From Rhynchopus sp. YZ270_cl-10 (lineage: Eukaryota), in the NCBI GenBank assembly GCA_964035575.1, contig OZ037833.1, forward strand, positions 124,001 through 188,000: a DNA stretch of 64,000 bases, in the 5' to 3' direction. The notes beneath the pieces are model-generated. The model was not told the DNA's origin. It made no database searches and saw nothing but the letters and a program-made list of their open reading frames with translations. Numbering within the stretch: position 1 is the stretch's first letter; every line of letters begins with the position of its first letter. Made by a program: the position numbers and the translations under genes. Shown in pieces: positions 52,564-63,205 of the stretch.

Positions 52564-55500
52564 TTACAGAGCAGAGTTGCTGCTTCGGAAGTTCGGCGCG
52601 TTCGTAGAGGGATGCTTCACTTTCTTTAACGTACACACCACGAAGGCCAACACCACAATCGCAACCGCTGTGATACCACCGAGACAGACGCCAATAATGC
52701 CACCCACAGCGAGCGCATCAGCGCCTGTGTCTGGCTCGGGTGTCTCCTCTTGCAGTGGGGTTGTAGGAAGTGGCGTTGCTTTGTCGGCCTTTGTTGAACA
52801 CACAAAGTGATCCGCTGACCCGACCCTCGTGTACCCACTCAAGCAGGACAGCGGAACACACACACCCGCGTCCGTGCGGTACACCTGTCTCACACCAGGC
52901 ACAGTCGGACACTGCAGCGCATCCACAGAGGCAAGCCCTGCCGACAGCACATCCCCAAGGCCCAGGTCAGACGCCTGCACCTTCTCCGAGAGGCGTGCTG
53001 CCACGTCCATTGCAGCCACGTCAAGCAGCGGCATGTCCGACACAGACACAAACACGTTCAGCGACCCGCACTCCTCACGCACGTCCGTCACAGTCCCACC
53101 CACAAGGTCCACCACAAGCTGTCCAACGCTTGCCCCCTTCCCAGAGCTGCCGTCGCAGGCAACGTCGAACGTTGCGTGCACCACATCCGACACCCTCGTC
53201 TCGCTCGTCACACAGATGTGTGCACGGCGTCCGCTAGCAGCGTCAAAGGGCTTCACGAAGCCGTCCCCACACATGCAGTGTCCGTTATCCTTGCATGTTG
53301 CCGCAGTGTCGCCGTGCTGCTTGCACTGTGCATCAGAGGTGCACCACGTCATAGCTGCGCTGCTTGGCGCTTCTGTTGTTGGCACTGGGGTGTGTCCTTC
53401 CGGCAGTGCAGTTGGCAATGCTGTTGGTTCCGCTGTATCTCCAATCGGTAGTGCTGTTGGTGGCGCTGTTGGTTCTGCTGTTGGCAGTGCTGTTGGTTCC
53501 GCTGTTGGTCCCGCTGTATCTCCAATCGGTAGTGCTGTTGGTAGCGCTGTTGGTGCTGTTGTTGGTTCTGCTGTTGGTGTTGCTGTTGGCACTGCAGTTG
53601 GTAGTGCTGTTGGTGCTGTTGTTGGTGTTGCTGTAGGAACTGCTGACGGTTCTGCTGTGGGAGGGGCAGGTGCAGACAGACACTCGTAACGGAAGGCAAA
53701 GTCACCACCATCACTGTCAGCATCAGTTGTGAAGAACACGTATGTCGCTCCTGTCGAAGTGAAGGTGAAGTCCTCAACAGTGTCCAAACCAGATGCGTTG
53801 AAGAAGGTGGTCCGGAAACCGTTCACTTTGCGCATCATCCGCAGAGAGTCGTTGCCAATGTTGAAAGACGTCCACGTGATACGCATCGCAGCGTCGCACT
53901 GCAGAATCCAATGCTCCTGACTATCTGGCCCGTAGTTGAGGTGGCTCACATCCCCAGCAGTGTTCGGTGTTGATGGAAGAGCAGCAGGCACAGCGTCACA
54001 GGCCCACGAGAACAGAACCTTCTTGTTCCCAGTCTTCGTACTCGCAGTCATCGTCACGGCTGTGCGTGTCGCAAAGTGCTTAGTGATCACTCTGTTGTGC
54101 TCACCACTGACACGCGACTCCTCTTTCCCGTTAATGCTGATGATGAAGTCGCCGCCGAAGTCGTTCAAGTACTGCACTGCAAAGATGCCGTCACAGGGAA
54201 CAGTCCAGACGGTGTCGGCGATCTTGTTGGGAAGCAACCTGTCCACGATCCCGCTGTTCGGTAGTACGATGTTGTTCGACAGACACTCGTAACGGAAGGC
54301 AAAGTCACCACCAACACTGTCAGCATCAGTTGTGAAGAACACGTATGTCGGTCCTGTCGAAGTGAAGGTGAAGTCCTCAGCAGTGTCCAAACCAGATGCG
54401 TTGAAGAAGGTGGTCCGGAAACCGTTCACTTTGCGCATCATCCGCAGAGAGTCATTGCCAATGTTGAAAGACGTCCACTTGATGTTCACCTCTTGGTCTT
54501 CCTTACACTGCAGAATCCAGTACTCCCGATCTGGCCCGTAGTTGAGGTGGCTCACATCCCCAGCAGTGTTCAGTGTTGATGGAAGAGCAGCAGGCATAGC
54601 GTCGCAGGCCCACGAGAACAGCACCTTCTTGTTCCCAGTCTTCATACTCGCAGTCATCGTCACGGCTGTGTGTGTCGCAAAGTTCTTAGTGATCACTCTG
54701 TTGTGCTCACCACTGACACGTGACTCCTCTTTCCCGTTAATGCTGATGATGAAGTCGCCGCCGAAGTCGTTCAAGTACTGCACTGCAAAGATGCCGTCAC
54801 AGGGAACAGTCCAGACGGTGTCGGCGATCTTGTTGGGAAGCAACCTGTCCACGATCCCGCTGTTCGGTAGTACGATGTTGTTCGACAGACACTCGTAACG
54901 GAAGGCAAAGTCACCACCAACACTGTCAGCATCAGTTGTGAAGAACACGTATGTCGGTCCTGTCGAAGTGAAGGTGAAGTCCTCAACAGTGTCCAAACCA
55001 GATGCGTTGAAGAAGGTGGTCCGGAAACCGTTCACTTTGCGCATCATCCGCAGAGAGTCGTTGCCAATGTTGAAAGACGTCCACTTGATGTTCACCTCTT
55101 GGTCTTCCTTACACTGCAGAATCCAGTACTCCCGATCATCTGGCCCGTAGTTGAGGTGGCTCACATCCCCAGCAGTGTTCAGTGTTGATGGAAGAGCAGC
55201 AGGCACAGCGTCGCAGGCCCACGAGAACAGCACCTTCTTGTTCCCAGTCTTCATACTCGCAGTCATCGTCACAGCTGTGCGTGCTGCAAAGGTGTGCGTA
55301 GTTAACCTGTGGTACCCACCACTGACACGTGACTCCTCTTTCCCGTTGTTGCTGATGATGAAGTCGCCACCGAAGTCGTTCAAGTACTGCACTGCAAAGA
55401 TGCCGTCACAGGGAACAGTCCAGACGGTGTCGGCGATCTTGCTGGGAAGCAACCTGTCCACGATCCCGCTGTTCGGTAGTACGATGTCGTTCAACAGACA

Positions 55501-56151
55501 CTCGTAACGGAAGGCAAAGTCACCACCAGCACTGCCTGCATCACTAATGAAGAACACGTATGTCGCTCCTGTCGAAGTGAAGGTGAAGTCCTCAGCAGTG
55601 TCCAAACCAGATGCGTTGAAGAAGGTGGACGAGACGCGGTTCTTTCTCTGACCAATCCGCAGAGAGTCGTTGCCAACGTTGAAAGACGTCCACTTGATGT
55701 TCACTTCTTCGTCCTCCTTACACGGCAGAACCCAGTACTTCCGCTCATCTGGCCCGTAGTTCATGTGGCTCACATCCCCAGCAGTGTTCAGTGTTGATGG
55801 AAGAGCAGCAGGCATAGCGTCGCAGGCCCACGAGAACAGCACCTTCTTGTTCCCAGACAGCGACGTCACCCTCGCAATCATAATGACACGTGTCTGTGCA
55901 ACAAAGCTGTGTGTAGTGACGGTACTGTGCTCACCACTGACACGTGACTCCTCTTTCCCGTTGTTCCTGATGATGAAGTCGCCACCAAAGTCGTTCAAGT
56001 ACTGCACTGCAAAGATGCCGTCACAGGGAACAGTCCAGACGGTGTCGGCTTTTTCGGTGGGAAGCAACCTGTCCACGATCCCGCTGCTGTTGTCAAGGTT
56101 GTGCACAGCGCGCGCGTGCAGCGCCATGGCTGCCACAAGAACTGAATACAT
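52564..56151 (-). CDS. Type I membrane protein: signal peptide, 4 x ~202-aa repeats each with a CUB-like domain, PTA-rich stalk, EGF-like domain, TM helix
   Basis: ATG 56151 (MYSVLVAAMAL). NYGPD...W...C....I.WTSFN....D.L.....F.SD......FAFRYEC is CUB-like and repeats every 603-609 bp. Then (PTA.)n, CTSDAQC..C..C.CGDGF, and a hydrophobic GIIGVCLGGITAVAIVVLAFVV followed by KKVK. Confidence 0.92.
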   Translation of the reverse strand: MYSVLVAAMALHARAVHNLDNSSGIVDRLLPTEKADTVWTVPCDGIFAVQYLNDFGGDFIIRNNGKEESRVSGEHSTVTTHSFVAQTRVIMIARVTSLSGNKKVLFSWACDAMPAALPSTLNTAGDVSHMNYGPDERKYWVLPCKEDEEVNIKWTSFNVGNDSLRIGQRKNRVSSTFFNASGLDTAEDFTFTSTGATYVFFISDAGSAGGDFAFRYECLLNDIVLPNSGIVDRLLPSKIADTVWTVPCDGIFAVQYLNDFGGDFIISNNGKEESRVSGGYHRLTTHTFAARTAVTMTASMKTGNKKVLFSWACDAVPAALPSTLNTAGDVSHLNYGPDDREYWILQCKEDQEVNIKWTSFNIGNDSLRMMRKVNGFRTTFFNASGLDTVEDFTFTSTGPTYVFFTTDADSVGGDFAFRYECLSNNIVLPNSGIVDRLLPNKIADTVWTVPCDGIFAVQYLNDFGGDFIISINGKEESRVSGEHNRVITKNFATHTAVTMTASMKTGNKKVLFSWACDAMPAALPSTLNTAGDVSHLNYGPDREYWILQCKEDQEVNIKWTSFNIGNDSLRMMRKVNGFRTTFFNASGLDTAEDFTFTSTGPTYVFFTTDADSVGGDFAFRYECLSNNIVLPNSGIVDRLLPNKIADTVWTVPCDGIFAVQYLNDFGGDFIISINGKEESRVSGEHNRVITKHFATRTAVTMTASTKTGNKKVLFSWACDAVPAALPSTPNTAGDVSHLNYGPDSQEHWILQCDAAMRITWTSFNIGNDSLRMMRKVNGFRTTFFNASGLDTVEDFTFTSTGATYVFFTTDADSDGGDFAFRYECLSAPAPPTAEPSAVPTATPTTAPTALPTAVPTATPTAEPTTAPTALPTALPIGDTAGPTAEPTALPTAEPTAPPTALPIGDTAEPTALPTALPEGHTPVPTTEAPSSAAMTWCTSDAQCKQHGDTAATCKDNGHCMCGDGFVKPFDAASGRRAHICVTSETRVSDVVHATFDVACDGSSGKGASVGQLVVDLVGGTVTDVREECGSLNVFVSVSDMPLLDVAAMDVAARLSEKVQASDLGLGDVLSAGLASVDALQCPTVPGVRQVYRTDAGVCVPLSCLSGYTRVGSADHFVCSTKADKATPLPTTPLQEETPEPDTGADALAVGGIIGVCLGGITAVAIVVLAFVVCTLKKVKHPSTNAPNFRSSNSAL

Positions 56152-57570
56152 GGTGTGGAGAGTGTGGTGCACAGGGTGTATGATTTATCTGGAGTGAGTG
56201 TGTTGCAAGCACAAAGGGGCCACAAGCTTAGTACGAATAGTCCTCAGTCCTCAGGAGGAGACACAGAACAGGTTCAGACAGCACCATCAGACAGGCCAGA
56301 GCGTTTTCTAGAACGTTGCCGTTTTGTTTTTGTAGACTTAGGCAATGACGGGAGGTGGTGTGAACCTGCTGCATGGTATGCAGTATGCGCTTGTGATGAA
56401 GACCCAAGAGCACACCAAGATGATGTGCGGTGTACACATCCATGCACCTCTAAACGCATCCTCTCGAAGCATGCTTAGGTAGCAGCACTGAAGGCACAGA
56501 AGAAGGAAGAGGGGCACCGCAAGCACCACAGTCAACGTAGATGCTTCGGTGTACAGGTCGTGGTGCAGTGTTGTGGTGAGCAGGGGGTAGTGAAGCAGTG
56601 ATGCAAATAAGGAGAACAAAAAGACACTAGGGTAGAAGCATTTTTATTCCATTTTTCATTGAAAAAATCAGGCACGGACTGGGTAGGGAAGGGACCGAGG
56701 TACTGGTGGAACACTAGTCGTAAAAACACCAGTCATTTGAGCTAGTAGCACTACTAGTAGTCCTTTTGACTCATCTGCCATGATCAAGTAGTCGTGGGAG
56801 GCTCAACAACTGCAACAACCATCCTCTGCCCAGGCGTACCAGGGTACAGGGGCCTTCGGTGGATGGGTTACTGCTGCTTCGAGAGGGTGCGTCACGTTAT
56901 TGATCAAAAGAAACAATATTAAGCGTGCTGCAAACACGACTGTGCTTGCAGGAAGCGACGACAAACAAAGAAACAGAGCGAAAGACTCGTCGCATTGCAC
57001 CACAGAGAAGAGAGGCCATTCCGCACAGAAAACTGAGTGAGATATGGAAAAGAGATAGTGCAAAACGTCTCTGATATGCAGCCAGTGAGACTCCGTGGGG
57101 TTACACTCTTCGACTGTATTGTTTTGCAGACAGAAAGAAAAAAACAAAGGAAAGTTCTAAGCCGAATGTGCTCCTTTTGCACATCCTTCTAAATGCAACA
57201 AATAGAAAAGACAGCCCAGTTACTGACACGTCTTTCCAGACAACCGAGCCATGTCCGGAGGACATAGGGTGGGGTGCAGTGGGTGGGACGATAACAAATT
57301 ATGAAACGATAAAGAAAACATGGCGGCCAAGGCACACAAAGAGCTGGATCCAGTTCACCACTGTTGTTGGGCTCGCTCGACCCCAAGGAGACTCAACTGT
57401 GTGAGCTGACACGTAGTCCCCAACAAAAGGGAGTTCGTAAGAGATCACAAGGCATACCGATGAGAGAAGACGTGACTTCGAAAGGCTTGTGTGCCTCACT
57501 GGTCACGTGGAACAGGAAAAAGGAAAAGAAAACAGAAGAGAGCTATAGTGAATATGGGTCTTGCCATGAT

Positions 57571-57942
57571 TCAACTGAGAGGGTACGCCTTCACCGGCAG
57601 CATCTCGTTGCCCTGGACAACGTGCGTAGTAGGAGCCACAGCCTCCCCATCAGCAGTGTTGTTTGCAGGGGCAGCATCAGTCCACCCAGTGAGGCAGAAG
57701 AGGAGGCAGTTCACGATACCAAGCCCAGCCGCAACAAAGATGAACGGAATCCCGTAGTTCAGGGAGCACTCAGAGAGGGAGTGGTCGTTGTCACTCGAAT
57801 GGAGCAGCGAGTCGTCGTTGATGAGGTTCTTGTGCACTGCACCCAGCAGGATCGAGCCGCAGATCACCGCAAACAACGCTCCAAACAGGTGGATGAAGCC
57901 AGCAAACCTCCCCACAGACAAACTATGCAATGTGAACACACT
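57571..57942 (-). pseudogene. Amastin-like 3'-half fragment (copy 6)
   Basis: TM3, TM4 and tail are near-identical to the paralogs. The 5' half is absent and the fragment begins just after the stop of the zinc-finger-like gene. Confidence 0.8.
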
Positions 57943-57952
57943 AGTTCCCTCT

Positions 57953-58558
57953 TCACAGACACCCTGCGTACTCAACGCAAACGAATGGAGAGTAAGGTTC
58001 GTTTCTGTAGTAGGCAGGCTTAGAGGGGAGGGGGAGCTTTGTGTGGAGGTCGGTCGCTTCAACCATGTGGGAGGAAGCGGAGCAGGCGTCGAAGGAGGAC
58101 TGGGAGGCGGAGGCGGAGTCGGCGGAGCAGGAGGATGTCATGCGTGTGAGGCGGGGTGACATGCTTGATGTGGACACATGCTGCGAAGGGCCAGAGGTCG
58201 ACGACGCGGAGGATGTGGAGGTGGCCTCAAGGTTCTCGGCACGCTTCCGCTTGTTCTGCACTTTCTTAAGGGCGAGGAGAAACTGCTCATATCTGGTTCC
58301 CTTTTTGTAGATGTGCGGGCTGCCGCAGTTTCCAAGGCATGTCCCTGCGTAAAACTCCGAGCACTTCGCGTGGTCGTTGATGCGGATGTTCCACGCAGCC
58401 TCGCACACAAAGCACACCAGACGTGCCTCAAACTGCTTGCTGAGGTACTTCTCCTTCTTCCATGCGTTGTGCTGGCAGGGAGGAGTGTGTTCCACCACGA
58501 CGTCACACTCCGCAGCACCAACCTTTGCGACCTTCTGTGCAGACTGTGTAGGGCACAT
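57953..58558 (-). CDS. Cys/His zinc-finger-like protein, 201 aa, copy 1
   Basis: PCQHNAW..LVCFVC...W, then C-x7-C-x3-C-x3-H (CCCH-like), a basic helix and a Ser-rich tail. True ATG. Confidence 0.78.
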   Translation of the reverse strand: MCPTQSAQKVAKVGAAECDVVVEHTPPCQHNAWKKEKYLSKQFEARLVCFVCEAAWNIRINDHAKCSEFYAGTCLGNCGSPHIYKKGTRYEQFLLALKKVQNKRKRAENLEATSTSSASSTSGPSQHVSTSSMSPRLTRMTSSCSADSASASQSSFDACSASSHMVEATDLHTKLPLPSKPAYYRNEPYSPFVCVEYAGCL

Positions 58559-59938
58559 TATAAAAGAAGAGAAGAAGAGTGGCGTCTAAAGCCCAATGAG
58601 CGGAAATGAAAGATTTTATTGCTTTTTTTTTGAGAAAGGGAAGAGACGAAAAGGATACAGGATAAGTGTTTTGTGTAGTGGTTTTTTTGTGAAAGAATAT
58701 CTGAAGGTGTGCATGAAGGGGTGTGAAGAGCTTAGAGCAATAGACACTAGGGTAGAAAGGGGGCAGCATTTTTATTCCATTTTTCATTGCAAAATCAGGC
58801 ACGGACTAGGTAGGGAAGGTCTTCCCTACTTAGTGGGCCATTTTTGACAGGGGGAAAGATATAGGTAGAAAAGAGCTAGTGCAAAACGTCTCTGATATGC
58901 AGCCAGTAAGACTCCGTGCTGGTTACACTCTTCGACTGTATTGTTTTGCAGACAGAAAGAGGAAAACAAAGGAAAGTTCTAAGCCGAATGTGCTCCTTTT
59001 GCACATCCTTGAACAAATGCCGCAAATAGAGAAGACAGCCCAGTTACTGACACGTCTTTCCAGACAACCGAACCATGTCGGAGGACATAGGGTGGGGTGC
59101 AGTGGGTGGTACGAAAACAAAATTTTGAAACAATGAAGAAAAACATGGCGGCCAAGGCACACAAAGTGCTGGTCCAGTTCACCACTGTAGTTGGGCGCGC
59201 TCGATCCCAAGGAGACTCAACTGTGTGGGCGGAAACGTGTGACTGACTCTGTAGTCCCAAAGAAAAGGGGATTCGCAAGAGATCGCAAGGCATACCAATG
59301 AGAGACGCGACTTCAGAAAGGTTTGTGTGCCTCACTGGTCACGTGGAACAGGAAAAAAGAAAAGAAAACAGAAGAGAGCTATAGTGAATATGGGTCTTGC
59401 CATGATTCACATGAGTGAAGCAATTGGATGTCGCGCGGTCTACTGTAGCCTATCAGGGTTGGGCCCCCCCGCAGAGCGGAGTGAATGCACTCCAGCCTTT
59501 TTCATCCCAGTAAAGGGGAGCCCGAGGTTAGCAGCGCGTATGCATAAAAAATAAGGGAAAGAAGGAGAAGAACAAAAAAAACAAGTAATTGATATCGGAA
59601 AAAAAACGGGGTGTGCTGAAATATTGGGCACGGGTTGGTGCACGAAGTACGCAAGAAGTGCGAATAGTTCTCCACGGGTTCTCGAACCTCAGAGAGGGCA
59701 CTTCATTGGCATGCACACGGTTGCCACAGAGGGTGGTGGTCAGGAACATAACTACTGCCCCAACAGAAAGGGAGGGGTATTTTAACACGCAAAGTTTTAG
59801 CATTGCATGTAATCATAGATGAAAAGAAAACTTGTAAGATGAATCAGAGAAAATGAGGCATCGTTTTGGCGCGGGAAGGTGCGGGACAATGTACACGAAG
59901 TCTGCGTTGCACATATTTAGAACTGAGAGGGTACGCTT

Positions 59939-60290
59939 TCACGGGGAGCATGTCGTTGCCTGGACCACGTGTGCAGAAGGAGCCACAGCCTCCCCATCAG
60001 CAGTGTTGTTTGCAGGGGCAGCATCAGTCCACCCAGTGAGGCAGAAGAGGAGGCAGTTCACGATACCAAGCCCAGCCGCAACAAAGATGAACGGAATCCC
60101 GTAGTTCAGGGAGCACTCAGAGAGGGAGTGGTCGTTGTCACTCGAATGGAGCAGCGAGTCGTCGTTGATGAGGTTCTTGTGCACTGCACCCAGCAGGATC
60201 GAGCCGCAGATCACCGCAAACAACGCTCCAAACAGGTGGATGAAGCCAGCAAACCTCCCCACAGAAACTGTGCACACACACACACGACCC
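59939..60290 (-). pseudogene. Amastin-like 3'-half fragment (copy 7) with frameshifted tail
   Basis: Same truncation as copy 6. The junction has a (CA)n/(CT)n microsatellite and the tail reads VVQATTCSP after a 1-nt deletion. Confidence 0.8.
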
Positions 60291-60317
60291 CCTCTCTCTC
60301 TCTCTCTCGCTCCCTCT

Positions 60318-60923
60318 TCACAGACACCCTACGTACTCAACGCAAACGAATGGAGAGTAAGGTTCGTTTCTGTAGTAGGCAGGCTTAGAGGGGAGGGGGA
60401 GCTTTGTGTGGAGGTCGGTCGCTTCAACCATGTGGGAGGAAGCGGAGCAGGCGTCGAAGGAGGACTGGGAGGCGGAGGCGGAGTCGGCGGAGCAGGAGGA
60501 TGTCATGCGTGTGAGGCGGGGTGACATGCTTGATGTGGACACATGCTGCGAAGGGCCAGAGGTCGACGACGCGGAGGATGTGGAGGTGGCCTCAAGGTTC
60601 TCGGCACGCTTCCGCTTGTTCTGCACTTTCTTAAGGGCGAGGAGAAACTGCTCATATCTGGTTCCCTTTTTGTAGATGTGCGGGCTGCCGCAGTTTCCAA
60701 GGCATGTCCCTGCGTAAAACTCCGAGCACTTCGCGTGGTCGTTGATGCGGATGTTCCACGCAGCCTCGCACACAAAGCACACCAGACGTGCCTCAAACTG
60801 CTTGCTGAGGTACTTCTCCTTCTTCCATGCGTTGTGCTGGCAGGGAGGGGTGTGTTCCACCACGACGTCACACTCCGCAGCACCAACCTTTGCGACCTTC
60901 TGTGCAGACTGTGTAGGGCACAT
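60318..60923 (-). CDS. Cys/His zinc-finger-like protein, 201 aa, copy 2
   Basis: Differs from copy 1 by one residue (EYAGCL vs EYVGCL). Confidence 0.78.
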   Translation of the reverse strand: MCPTQSAQKVAKVGAAECDVVVEHTPPCQHNAWKKEKYLSKQFEARLVCFVCEAAWNIRINDHAKCSEFYAGTCLGNCGSPHIYKKGTRYEQFLLALKKVQNKRKRAENLEATSTSSASSTSGPSQHVSTSSMSPRLTRMTSSCSADSASASQSSFDACSASSHMVEATDLHTKLPLPSKPAYYRNEPYSPFVCVEYVGCL

Positions 60924-62485
60924 TATAAAAGAAGAGAAGAAGAGTGGCGTCTAAAGCCCAATGAGCGGAAATGAAACCTTTTATTGCTTTATTTTTGAGA
61001 AAGGGAAGAGACGAAAAGGATACAGGATAAGTGTTTTGTGTAGTGGTTTTTTGTGAAAGAATATCTGAAGGTGTGCATGAAGAGGTGTGAAGAGGTGGGG
61101 AACGCTTAGAGCAATAGCGGGGGTGGAGGAAAAGACGACTTTCATTTTTTCCTCTGATAAATTGTTGGAGCAATGTAGTTGCCTCCGTAGTGTTGCCACA
61201 GTTGTGCAAATATCCACTGGTTTCTCCTGCTTCTGTTGCGGGTTGGGAATGACGGGAGGTGGTGTGAACCTGCTGCATGGTACGCAGCAGGAAGATCCAA
61301 GAGCACACCAAGATGATGTGCCGTGTACACATCCATGCACCTCTAAACGCATCCTCTCGAAGCATGCTTAGGTAGCAGCACTGAAGGCACAGAAGAAGGA
61401 AGAGGGGCACCGCAAGCACCACAGCCAACGCAGATGCTTCGGTGTACAGGTCGTGGTGCAGTGTTGTGGTGAGCAGGGGGTAGTGAAGCAGTGATGCAAA
61501 TAAGGAGAACAAAAAGACACTAGGGTAGAAGGGGAAGCATTTTTATTCCATTTTTCATTGAAAAAATCAGGCACGGACTGGGTAGGGAAGGGACCGAGGT
61601 CTCTTCCCTACTTAGTGGGCCATTTTGACAGGGGCAAAGATATGGGTGAAAAAGAGATAGTGCAAAACGTCTCTGATATGCAGCCAGTGAGACTCCGTGG
61701 GGTTATCGAACACCCTCTTCGGACTGTATTGTTTTGCAGGCAGAAAGGAAAAAACAACAAAAGAAAGTTCTAAGCTGAATGTGCTCCTTTTGCACATCCT
61801 TCTAAATTAACAGTTAAGTGACTGACACAAAAGAAATGGGGTGGGGTGCAGTGGGTGGGACGATAACAAATTATGAAACGAAATTACGTTACGATAAAGA
61901 AAACATGGCGGCCAAGGCACACAAAGTGCTGGGTCCAGTTCACCACTGTAGTTGGGCTCGCTCGACCCCAAGGAGACTCAACTGCGTGGGTGGACACGTG
62001 TGACTCTGTAGTCCCCAACAAAAGGGGATTCGTAAGAGATCACAAGGCATACCGATGAGAGAAGACGTGACTTCAGAAAGGCTTGTGTGCCTCATTGGTC
62101 ACGTGGAACAGGAAAAGAAAACAGAAGAGAACTCAATTGAATATGGGTCTTGCTATGATTCACATGAGCGAAGCGATTGGATGTATCGAAGCATATTGGG
62201 CACGGGTGGGCTGCACGAAGTACGCAAGAAGTGCGATCACCCCCTTCAGTTCTCCACGGGTTATCGAACCCCAGAGAGCACTTCATTGGTATGCACACAG
62301 TTGCCACGAGGGAGGTGGCCAGGAACATGACCATTGCCCCAACCGGAAAGGGAGGTATTTTAACGCAAAGCTTTAGCATTGCATGTAATCATAGATGAAA
62401 AGAAAACTTGTACTATGAGAAAATGAGTCATCGCTTTTGGCGGGAAGGTGCGGGACAATGTGCAAGCAGTCTGCGTTGCACGTAC

Positions 62486-63205
62486 TCAGTGCTGAGAAGG
62501 GTACTGCCCCGTGGGCATCATCTCTTTGCCCTGGACAACGTGCGTAGTAGGAGCCACAGCCTCCCCATCAGCAGTGTTGTTTGCAGGGGCAGCATCAGTC
62601 CACCCAGTGAGGCAGAAGAGGAGGCAGTTCACGATACCAAGCCCAGCCGCAACAAAGATGAACGGAATCCCGTAGTTCAGGGAGCACTCAGAGAGGGAGT
62701 GGTCGTTGTCACTCGAATGGAGCAGCGAGTCGTCGTTGATGAGGTTCTTGTGCACTGCACCCAGCAGGATCGAGCCGCAGATCACCGCAAACAACGCTCC
62801 AAACAGGTGGATGAAGCCAGCAAACCTCTCCACAGACTGCGGCACGATGCCCACAAACTGTGCAACGTGCACACACGACGCAGCGAAGAACGTGATTGCA
62901 GACAGAATGGCGAACGCCTGTGCTGACTCAAAGAGCGTGCTCACCTCGTCCAGGTCCTTTGTTTTAATGTCCTGTGAAAACGACGCACCACCAAACACGA
63001 ACGATTGCTTAGCTCTGAACAGCCCTGTCGCCGGCATGGGAAGCTCAGCCAACGCAGGCAGCATCGGGTGCAAGACAATGGGATGGTCAAGGGACACAGA
63101 GCAAGCCTTCGTCACACTGTCCTTCGTGGCAGAGGTTGCAATGATGAAGCATATCGCAATAGCACTGCACACCAGAAGCAGCGAGCGTGCAACGATGGTG
63201 AACAT
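62486..63205 (-). CDS. Amastin-like protein, copy 8
   Basis: ATG 63205 (MFTIVARSLL), intact frame. Confidence 0.85.
   Translation of the reverse strand: MFTIVARSLLLVCSAIAICFIIATSATKDSVTKACSVSLDHPIVLHPMLPALAELPMPATGLFRAKQSFVFGGASFSQDIKTKDLDEVSTLFESAQAFAILSAITFFAASCVHVAQFVGIVPQSVERFAGFIHLFGALFAVICGSILLGAVHKNLINDDSLLHSSDNDHSLSECSLNYGIPFIFVAAGLGIVNCLLFCLTGWTDAAPANNTADGEAVAPTTHVVQGKEMMPTGQYPSQH

Noticed and set aside
57451..57497. Hammerhead-like CCGATGA..GAAG/CTTC..GAAA in the repeated module
   Set aside because: The core is not CUGANGA in register with stem II, there is no room for stem III or a UH site, and the motif is not conserved in all copies.
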